Shown here: in pieces, positions 54,336 through 64,000 of the stretch
Position numbering within the stretch: the first letter of the stretch is position 1
Layout: each line of letters opens with the position of its first letter
DNA from: Octopus vulgaris
Taxonomy: Eukaryota
Length of the DNA: 64,000 nt
NCBI GenBank assembly: GCA_951406725.2
Contig: OX597825.1
Span: 14,818,001 to 14,882,000 of the forward strand
Direction of reading: 5' to 3'
The notes under the pieces: model-generated
What the model was told of the DNA's origin: nothing
The model's input: only the letters and a program-made list of their open reading frames with translations
The model's database searches: none
Position numbers and translations under genes: made by a program

Positions 54336-54430
54336 TTAGTTTGACAAAATACGTTTTGCTTCGGTTATGGTTCTTCTGAAAGTGTTCCCGAAGAGCCATC
54401 GGCGAAACAAAACATATTTTGTCACACTAA
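54336..54430. repeat. 41-bp-arm inverted repeat whose right arm is a variant hammerhead motif; part of a (TA)n-anchored Penelope-like fragment (54231-54430)
   Basis: Arms 54336-54376 and 54390-54430; agtgt-tc-CCGAAGA-gcc-atc-ggc-GAAAC-aaaa-cata-tttt-GTC-acact. Confidence 0.75.
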
Positions 54431-54440
54431 CACAAACACT

Positions 54441-54516
<76 letters not shown>

Positions 54517-56394
54517 TACGCACAAAGTGCATTTGTATAAGTATAATGATAAGGCATGGGCAAGATAGATAAATTCTACATTATACTTCCATGCCCATTG
54601 TGGTTTGACGACGACCATCATCACTCCAGATAGTCTAATGTAAGGACACTATGCACTATATAGAAAAACATAGAAACCATAACCGTTATTTTTTATTTAC
54701 GTAATGTATCCATGTTTCACTAGGGGTATGATCTTTATTTATTTAAACCTGTAATCGTATATTATGTAACATACTACATCCAGCTCACATCATCCGTGTC
54801 ATTGATGAAAGATGTACGCAAACAAATGTGCAAACACTTATATAAACACGTATACAAATAAGTACAATAAGGTTAATATAGCTAAATATTATAGAAGTAG
54901 AAGGAAAACAGAGGTTATGTAAGACTGATAGATAGGCCTGATGAGGTGAAGAGAAGGAGACCGTTTAACACTTGACTCACCAAAACTGTATCACTCAAAT
55001 TTGATAATTGCTGAGAGGCATGTGTTAGCTTTATTGTGAGCATTGTAAGTGAAATCCGTGTTTATAAAAATCTTTTGTCATTCCTGAAGATTAGTTGTCT
55101 GAAGAGAGATGAATAAAAGTACATCATTTGTATAAATTATTTATATAATATAGAGACTGTTATTTATAAAAGATGCATGTGTGTGTGTGGTGAGGATATG
55201 GGTATTAATCTATATTCTAAAACAACAAATAGTGCTTCTGAGAAAGAAGAAACAATGTATACGCATTAATTATTCAGAGATAACAACGAGAATTTTTACA
55301 TTGACTTTGTTTAGGCAATAATATTTTTTTTGTGATTTATGCTCTTACTTTTTGTAACAGCATCCGTTTCTAACTTTACTGTTTTCTAGAACGTTCATTT
55401 GCAACAAAATTTTCATGAAACAGATGTTAGTTTACTTTCAGTAAACTGACAAAAAAAAAAAGCCCCCCCAAAAAACATTACGTGTATTTAATTGAAGCTT
55501 ATTGATTTCTCCGCCATCTTTACTAATCGATAATTATTTCGTTAAAAAAAATTATAGTTACTCAATTCAGACGTATGGATTCTAGTAGTTTCCTATTTTG
55601 AAGAGCTATAATCCTTTCTTAGAGCAATATTTAGCTAATTTATATTTATATTATATGCAGTTTTGTCTTGCTTGCTTTGTTTCAGTTATTTTCTTTTCAT
55701 ATCCTTTATTGTCTCCATATTTCACGTTCGCTATTATTTTTTACGTCATCTATCATAAATCTACCTAATTTACATTTTTTTTCATTGAATACATTTATTA
55801 TTGTTTCTGTGTTACATAGAAAATGTATTTCCTGTATTATATTTGTATATAAATAGCTGAGAGCAATTAGTTATTTTTGTTGCACACGCTTTTGTCATTA
55901 TACCTATTGTAGTTTTTGATGATGTTGATGATGATGATGATGATGATGACGACAACGACGACGACGCTCTACGAATTGCTGTTAGTGTTTTCTTTTTGTC
56001 TTGTGAAAATAATATGTGTGTTTTTGTTTCTACATATTTGCTCTGTATTCCGACACATGATATACTTTCTCTTCGAAATAAATTCCATTTTTATTCATAA
56101 CATAATAATAAGTATATTCATTTGAGTCTTTCTTCTTTCTCTAATATTCCGATTTCTATCGATATAATATTGGCATAAATGGTAAGGTATGCTTCATTGG
56201 TATCGAATCGTTTTCTAAACCTATTAAATGGAGCTATTATTTCAAATCATTCTGCAAATGCAAGTGTTTCCTACTGAATTTCTTGCAAGCATATGTCAGC
56301 GGAATATATAATTCATACGCATGATTATCGTTTCAACGAAATGATGCGTGACTATAGACGAAACATAAATCACCCTCCTTTATTGTCATTTAGT

Positions 56395-56753
56395 GTGGAG
56401 GCGAAATGGCCCAGTGGTTAAGGCAGTGGTCGTAGGATCGCGGTTCCGATTCCCAGACCCGGCGTTGTTAGTGTTTATTGAGTGAAAACACCTAAAGCTC
56501 CAAGATGTTCCGGTAGGGGGTGAATCCTGCTGTACTCTTTCACCTCAACTTTCTCTCACTCTTTCTGTTGTACCTGTATTTCAAATGGCCGGCCTTGTCA
56601 CACTTTGTATCGCGCTGAACCTCCCCGAGAACTACGTTAATGGTATACATGTCTGTGGAGTGCTCAGCCACTTGCACGTTAATTTCATGAGCATGCTGTT
56701 CCGTTGATCAGATCAACTTGGCCCCTCGTCGTCGTAATTGACGGAGAGCCACA
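56395..56753 (+). mobile_element. Family-C SINE, tail type 2
   Basis: ggaggcgaaatggcccagtggttaaggcag...cgattcccagacc...gaaaacacctaaagctcc, then a unique tail ctgttgtacctgtatttcaaa...gacggagagccacaa. Confidence 0.88.
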
Positions 56754-57646
56754 ATTGTCGTTTAATAGCCAAAATCATTTGGGACTACTTAATTTTCAAA
56801 CTCAAATCACTATATCAACTACTATTGAGATATATTTACAACCAAATTAGAATTTTTGCTGGTAATATATATATATTGCAGTTTAGAGTGCAAAATTGCA
56901 AAACTTACTTATTTTTCTCTCCTATCGCATTTATTGAGAAACAAAATTATTTGTTTGTTCACAGAGGTCGATCACCAACTCAATTGAATTGTGAAAGAGA
57001 AATGTGACAAGATAATCTGATAGATTTCATGAGAAGAAGATAACAAGCAGAATATGCTTCAAATGCTTTCTGAACCTGTTTGTGTCGAATATTTACACAT
57101 GATAGCTTAGACTTAGATAGCTTAGATATGTTTCAACCAAAGATTCGATCAGTCCATGTCTAACTTAATAGTACCACCTGATAGGATTTGCTAAATCCTT
57201 TATAAGTCAGGTTTTGTGACACCATGGCCTTTTCGAGTTCTTGTTGACTGAGTCGTATCCAGGTATAGGTGACTTATCTTGTATCTCTTGAAGAAATTTG
57301 TTCAGATTCAATTTAAAGGTGATGGGATCTTTTTCCTCTTTGGTTTCTTTGGAGACAGGGTCTTTTGAGGAAAAGATATGGTGTTGGGTAGGGGGCGTGT
57401 GGTCCGTGGTCCTAGCCTTGGATGAATTCTGAACCTAATGTTGAGGTCGTTTGGGAATTGCTGGTGGTTGGTATATTCTTCACATTGTGCATATGATGTA
57501 TTCCTCACCGTGGCGCTGGAGAAAACAGATTTTCAAAGCTGTAGGGCATTCCAAATACTCAAGGTAAATCATGTCCGTAATTATTTTTGGTGACTATACA
57601 TACATATGTATACATATATATATACACACGCACAGACATACATATG

Positions 57647-57715
<69 letters not shown>

Positions 57716-57730
57716 TATATATGCCGTTGT

Positions 57731-57974
57731 GTCGACCAGTCTATCAGACTTTGTTATATACCACTGGTCAAAATGGACTTCGCACTGATGTAGCTATCGC
57801 ATAATGGCATCTGGCTGGCTAAGCAGCCGATCCAACATTTACTCTGAAGCGGACCGGAGCAACGGTAAATAAGCTGTTTTGCTCAAGAACAAAACGTATC
57901 ACCGATCGGAGAATCGAAACGAAGATCTTTCGATAGTGAGTGCTACAAATGAGCTCTAGGCCACGATCTTCACA
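57731..57974 (-). mobile_element. Old tRNA/CORE-like SINE carrying the same 3' tail as the SINE at 62610
   Basis: Minus strand: gtggcctagag...gtttcgattctcc...gttcttgagcaaaacagcttatttaccgttgctccggtcc, then tgttggatcggctgcttagccagc...gcgaagtccattttgaccag...tctgatagactggtcg. Confidence 0.65.
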
Positions 57975-58287
57975 TACACACACAGATGCACAAACATACA
58001 TATATACATACACACATACACATATATATATATATATACATACATATCCACGCACACACTGACACACACATATATATACACACATGATAGATAGACATAT
58101 AGGTAGACAGCTAGATAGATACATACCTACATGCATACATGCATACATACATACATACATACATACATACATACATACATACATACATACATACATACAT
58201 ACATACATGTTTATGTCCGTCTCACACTTATATAGCAGCTATATTTTGAAATTTCTTGCTCTTAAACAAAAAAGTTTTTGATAGTGA

Positions 58288-58323
58288 CTTCGAAATTTCG
58301 GTCATCTGAGCCATCATCGGAAT
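58288..58323 (-). ncRNA. Degenerate Penelope-type hammerhead motif
   Basis: Minus strand: att-CCGATGA-tggctcagatgacc-GAAATTTC-gaag; one core change, palindromic GAAATTTC. Confidence 0.45.
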
Positions 58324-59332
58324 GCCATGTATTGAAGTTCATCTCAGCTAAATATAGGCTTTGCTGAGTTAAAATCTTTCTTGAACAAATGAATTCGAGT
58401 GGAATAGTAATTATGTTGTAGAGTGGGTAGCGATATTTTGCAGAAATTTTTATCGATTAAATTTTGGTTTATGTTATAGCTTAGAAATTATTCATGCATG
58501 CAGTACACTGCGTATATTTCGGTGTTTCCGCTTCAGATCATGGGATCGCTTTTAGTGGTTCACAAAAATGATTTAGGTAGGTAGAGGAAGTTGCTTTTTG
58601 ATCAGCGGATGTGTCAGTAATAGTTATTTTTGGTTATATTGGATTTAATCATTTACTTTGAAAATGTAGACTGCTCAAAGATTAATCTAGTAGTTAAAAA
58701 AAACTTAGTAATTGGGTATGTCAACTTTTTTTGTAATGGAATTTTCCAAGCATGTCATGGAGTTGTTAGTTTAGAAATCTGTTTAAACTTGTGCTTTGAT
58801 GTTCACGAGAGGGTGTGGTTTATCTAAAAGGTTGTTGGTCGATACGTTTCTCTCTGGGGGTTCATTCGACTATGAACAATTTGTTTAATATACAGAAATT
58901 TTAACTTTCGACGTTTATGGAGGTAGATTTTGTGGGTTATACATTTACAAATATTTCTTCAATCACGTTTCGAAGGTAAGTATTATATATGTGAAAGTGA
59001 GTGTGTGCGTGTGTGCGTATGTGTGTGTATGTGCATGTGTGTGTCTGTGTGTTTGCTTGTGTTTTTATGCGAGCGTGGTGTGTTGGTATGTGAATATATA
59101 TATATATATATATATACGTATATTACATGTTGGTCTGCAAGTGGAAGAAGTGACCTCTTGCAGTCATCCGTAATCATAATGCTGTTAATATTCAAAGTCA
59201 AGAACTAAAACGAGGGCAGTAAAAGAGGTGGAGTTCCAGAGTGGGTTGGCATTCTTGGGAGGAATAACAGAAAGTAGTGTTAAGTGCCGGGCCAAGTAAT
59301 TTAGACTCGCAAAAATGAAGAGTTGTGGAAAA

Positions 59333-59460
59333 ACTTTGCCTTTCATCTTTTCGTGGTTGATAAGTCAAATACCAGTAGCATATTAGAGTCGATCTGATCG
59401 ATTCCCCACCCCCACCCCCCAAGAAAAAAATTCGGGGCCTTGTGCTTAGAATAGAAAAGA
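59333..59460 (+). mobile_element. Family-B SINE 3' half
   Basis: actttgcctttcatcttttcgtggttgataagtcaaataccag...ggccttgtgcttagaatagaaaaga. Confidence 0.75.
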
Positions 59461-59704
59461 ACAGAGCCTGAGATCGCAATATTGAGAAATCAGCTTCTTA
59501 AGCACTTCCCAATCTTACATGAATAATTTTCTTTCAATATATTGCTTTGTATGAAAAGTTCGTTTGCGTGAAACAGTAGAACACTTGCAGTATCAGTCAT
59601 CCATTTTTTTTTCATTTCCCCAGCGTGTGTGTGCACACTAATACATACGTGATTATAACTATCTATCTATCTGTTTGTCTGTGTGTCTATCTCTCTATCA
59701 CGTC

Positions 59705-59746
<42 letters not shown>

Positions 59747-59832
59747 AGTGTGTGCATGTGTGAGTATGTATGTGTATCTACTTATGTATCACTATCTAAC
59801 TATCCTTCTATATATAACTATATATCTATTTA

Positions 59833-59887
<55 letters not shown>

Positions 59888-61200
59888 ATGCACACTTATG
59901 CTGAATGCATGTATGTATGAGGGTGAGATATTATTACTGGTAGGTGCGATCTCTACTACACTTCTTAAAGTTTATTTTCTTATAGTTGGCTGTTTTATCG
60001 AAAAGGCATCTATTCTACAATTGACAAAACATCGACTGTAATACTATATTAATTGAAAGAAAATAATTACAATAATCTTATGAGAACCTGTAAATCTACG
60101 CTTCTCCATCGATGTAAAATATAGTTACAGGGCAGGGATAACTAATTTGATTTAACGTATAACTTAAATTCAACTGCAGCTCTTGTTTCTATTTTTTGAG
60201 GATCTTGTTACACCTTGTCTATCGAGCATTTGCTTTCTAAATCAGTTCATAAAATCTATAAATCTTATTTTCACAGCCTATATATTAAACCGGTATTGTA
60301 TTAATGTGTATCTGTTCAAGAACATAGGTATGCATCTGTACATGTATGTATTTAAGTATGAATCGCTACTGAATTTGTAACCTTGTTGTAGTTTTGTGTT
60401 TCCAGTCATTGATATTCATTTATAATGAGAAACATTGATACACTTACACCGATACGTAAAAGAATTAAACACTTTTAGAATACTAAAAGAACATAAAAAA
60501 ATGAATAAATGTATAGTAACTTAAATTAAATAGAATATAAAACTATTTCTATATAGAAGACAATCCGATAGTTGAGTGATTGCAGTTAGCGGAGAATAGA
60601 TTCGACAGAGACCACCACACGATGGGAACAAATCTGGTACGCTGAACAACACGTTTTGACATTTCTAATTAACCTAAGATTGCGGTTAAATAAATAAATG
60701 GATGTCATGCGATTTTCGGTGACCAATCCTTTGAAGCTGGTTTGCTGAACATTGAGCGTTATTTGATTTCTGGCACGATTGGCTAGAACTATGCAGCAAG
60801 GATATATATATATATAGTTACTGCTTTATATCCATTGATGTCATCCTGGTTTTGAAACAGGTCTTCGAGAATCGCTTTTCATTCATCATCAATTTCAGCA
60901 GCAACATTTTTGCCGAGGTGACTTTAATTTCAGACTCACCGCAGACCACATATCATGGCATTCAGAATTGTGGAATTTCAATGTGGACAAAGTGAGCAAT
61001 ACTGAACAGCAACTGCTCCAATTGTGAATAACAATCTCTTGCGTATTACCAGAATTAAGCATCATTGTGTCTCACATTTAGCCGAAGACCTAGCAGAAAT
61101 ATTTTACAATTGCATCTCCAATCCAGTAATTATGTACTGATTACTTGTACCCCATGGATATTTCTATTCTAAACTTGTTTGCGTGTAATATTATGCGAAG

Positions 61201-61484
61201 TTATATTATTGCGAAGCCATGGCAAGCATCGCAACTTGCTGGACTTGATACCCTGGACTGATGACGAGCAAAGACTCAGAAACATGCATGTCTCTAGGTG
61301 CAGGCCCCAGCTGGTGGGGGTGCTTGCCTCCCCTTCGCAAATATAAGGACACAAGAAATGCGTCAAAGCCGACAGGAAGCGTCGATGCTTCCTAGGGCTA
61401 AATAGCGGTGGTGTGATTCCCTTTACGGGACAGTTACGATAAGTTGACTGTATACAACCACTATATCCCTCCACCACCGCTCAT
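61201..61484 (+). mobile_element. Candidate non-LTR retrozyme: ~280-nt structured non-coding element with type I hammerhead
   Basis: GC-richer island, hammerhead at 61252-61298, extensive internal pairing, homologous copy at 2539-2730. Confidence 0.7.
61252..61298 (+). ncRNA. Type I hammerhead ribozyme, predicted cleavage after GUC at 61292
   Basis: Stem I cctgga/tctagg; CTGATGA 61258-61264; stem II gag/ctc (closing c.a mismatch); GAAA 61279-61282; stem III palindrome ACATGCATGT; GTC 61290-61292. Confidence 0.82.
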
Positions 61485-61550
61485 GTCTCTTTGAGACATT
61501 TAGAAATTCTATATTTCTAATATATTATTTTCATATTACTGTAATATTAA

Positions 61551-61740
61551 GGAGGTGAGCTGGCAGAATCATAAGCACGCCATTTGTACGTACTGAGTTC
61601 AAATTTCGCAGAGGTTGACGTTGTCGTTTGTACTTTCGAGGTCCATAAATTCAGTACCAGTTGAACACTGGGGTTTAATGTAATTGACCAGCATCCTTCC
61701 CAAACTTGTTAGACTTATGCCACAAATTGAAATCAATATT
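61551..61740 (+). mobile_element. Degenerate family-B SINE
   Basis: ggaggtgagctggcagaatcataagcacgcc...ctgagttcaaatttcgcagaggttgac...gtaccagttgaacactgggg. Confidence 0.78.
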
Positions 61741-62431
61741 AGTGAAATATCAGTATTAGATTTCAATTAAAATCATCTGATGAATCTCCGCGGCTTTAAA
61801 TATAATACATCTGGAGGCAGAAGTGACAACTTCTAAAGAGGAAACAGAAAATTCTAGAAGCAATGCTCTTGTATGGAATTCAAATACACATGTACATAAA
61901 GAGAAGCAAGTATATACATATTGGCTTAATTCAACATTTAAATATATACCTAAAAACACACACAGAGGCAGAGACGCACTTGTTAACACTGAGGCACGCA
62001 AGTATATATACACATGTATATACACACAACTCTGAAACCATCATATTTTGGCTTGTTCTGATATAGCAGTTTTCTTAACAGAAAACAGGCAACTCAGTAT
62101 CATTAAATGTGTAATTTCCATTGCTTTTGGTGAGATCATTGTATATTTATATATTTTAGCTTTGATTAGGTTTCACCACTGAAATCTTATTGCCAGAAGC
62201 ATTGCTCCCGTCAGCAATTTGTTTGTTGTGGTGAAAATATTATCACGTTTGCTGCAAAACCAGACATTTGTATTAAAGTCAGTTACTTGAAGGAGAGATA
62301 AATTTGATTATTGCGTTCGTAGTTTTGTTGAAACCACAAAAGATTAACACAGAGCGCTAAATACATATTAAATGGCTGAATCCGTTTTAACTGCAGACGC
62401 CCATATACGCAATGTATTTATATAATATAAA

Positions 62432-62490
<59 letters not shown>

Positions 62491-62609
62491 CATACACATT
62501 TATACGTAAAACTATGAATGCATACACATACATTATATATACATATATACAAACACAAACGCATATATATATATATATTAGACATGCATACACATACACA
62601 CATATATAT

Positions 62610-62913
62610 GTCGAGGCACAATGGCGCAGTGGTCAGGGCAGCGGACTCGCGGTCGTAGGATCGAGGTTTCGATTCCCAGACCGGGCGTTGTGAGTGTTTA
62701 TTGAGCGAAAACACCTAAAGCTCCACGACCCTCCGGCAGGGGAATGGTGGCGATCTCTGCTATAGTCTTTCGCCACGACTTTCTCTCACACTTTTATCTG
62801 TTGGCCTGCTCGCTTAGCCAGCGGGGTGGCGTCATTTGAAGGCTAAAACAATGCGAAGCGCATTGTGACCAGTGATGTGTAGTAACATCTGATAGCGTGA
62901 TCGGTCACGGTGA
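62610..62913 (+). mobile_element. Family-C SINE, tail type 3
   Basis: gaggcacaatggcgcagtggtcagggcagcggactcgcggtcgtaggatcgaggtttcgattcccagaccgggcg...; tail tgttggcctgctcgcttagccagc...ggtcacggtga. Confidence 0.9.
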
Positions 62914-63029
62914 TATATATGTATATGTTTAAAAGGTCTGATCAATAAATATGCAGACTGTTGTCATAGTAGCAAAACTAAAGCACGCAGTCTAAGGCCG
63001 CTTGGCACACTAACCGTTCTACCTGCATT

Positions 63030-63163
63030 ACCAAGGATGAGGTGGTTTGCAAGAATCAAGGAGGTGTTAACGACATTCACAGATTGAAAGTGAGGAAGGC
63101 ATGGACCAGGTGTCGGAGCAGTCTTTAGGCCGTGGTGGGAGATGAGGGCGGCTACTTTGACTT
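63030..63163 (+). mobile_element. Tc1/maT transposase C-terminal remnant
   Basis: With frameshifts: TKDEVV/ARIKEVLTTF../VRKAWTRCRSSL*AVVGDEGGYFD (cf. AC..FRxRLEAVVxAxGGYFE). Confidence 0.75.
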
Positions 63164-63928
63164 AACTCTCATCTCCAGGTCGTAACTTATTTGACATGTT
63201 TTGAATTGTTAAAATGCATTTTCGGATAAGGTAATATGCTTGCATGTGTCTCTATGGTTCTTAGTACTTACTTGTGTGTTTAACTTCATTTACGTATGTA
63301 TAGACACAAGTAAAGATATGCATACTAAATAAATCCTTATAACGATATATAAAAATTTAAATTTGTAAATATACATACACATACATATCCTTCAACGTCA
63401 ACACATGTTTAAAAGCTGACTGTAAATATGTCATTAATAGATTATACGTTTCTTTATTCATTTATCCAATTTATATATTACACTTTAATTAGCTTTCAAT
63501 TTTGGTGCATGTTTTGTTTATTCCATTAGTTATTTAATTAGCTATTTAAGTTAATAGTAAATACATACGTATATTTAAATATTACCACAAGATTACGAAG
63601 CCATAATATGGACGCGTATTTCTCGAGAATTTATTCATGTCGTTTCGTTATAAGTTTACCTATAAATCCTTGATATGATTAAACTGAGTAAATATCTTTT
63701 TTACTTTTAGGAACCAAATTCGATCAGAATATTTCAGTCATTAAAAAATCTAAAATAATTTATCTCCGTTTACAGATTCTCACCCTTTCCTTTCCTGTGA
63801 AATATTTAATAACGAGAGGAAGGAAAAACAACGAACAAACAATCATCTTCCGTTACTTATAGCAATCTGTATTGATACATCTTTGAAATATTTGGAATAC
63901 TAACTGCATTGAATTTAGTCAAGTATAT

Positions 63929-64000
63929 ATCACGTGACCGACCAGACCATCAAGTGTTGTTACATATCGCTGGTCACAATGCGTTCGCATTGTTTTAGTC
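63929..64000 (-). mobile_element. Tail type 3 module, cut by the window edge
   Basis: cacgtgaccgaccagaccatc...gctggtcacaatgcgttcgcattgttttag is the reverse complement of the distal part of 23029-23146. Confidence 0.8.

Noticed and set aside
54938-54970. CTGATGA-ggt...acc hammerhead-like start
   Set aside because: It is followed by GTTT rather than GAAA, and there is no stem I or III.
57290-57570. Possible Penelope ORF N-terminal fragment on the minus strand
   Set aside because: The similarity is too vague to call without a profile search.
60820-61080. Minus-strand GTGAGT donor and protein-like text (NVAAEIDDE*KAILEDLFQNQDD)
   Set aside because: There is an in-frame stop, no matching acceptor or neighbouring exon, and no recognisable family; possibly an old transposase.

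Overview
AT-rich, microsatellite-saturated, non-coding animal DNA. The tRNA-derived SINE repertoire and the (TA)n/(AAT)n/(GATA)n load suggest an octopus or other coleoid cephalopod (inference). I found no convincing host protein-coding exon. Almost all listed ORFs are microsatellite or satellite artefacts, and the only recognisable protein sequences are decayed transposon pieces: Tx1/L1 RT, an R4/Dong RLE C-terminus, mariner and maT transposases. The window also holds about 20 SINE copies from several modular families, a mariner MITE, a 26-bp satellite with higher-order structure, and many (TA)n-anchored Penelope-like fragments. The most interesting signal is at the RNA level. A ~280-nt non-coding element at 61.2 kb carries a near-canonical type I hammerhead ribozyme at the tip of a ~50-bp rod-like stem. 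A diverged second copy at 2.5 kb shows compensatory base changes in three stems. Together these make it a candidate retrozyme (viroid-like circRNA) family. Several more minimal or variant hammerhead motifs lie in the Penelope-like fragments. All alignments and folds were done by eye and need computational confirmation.
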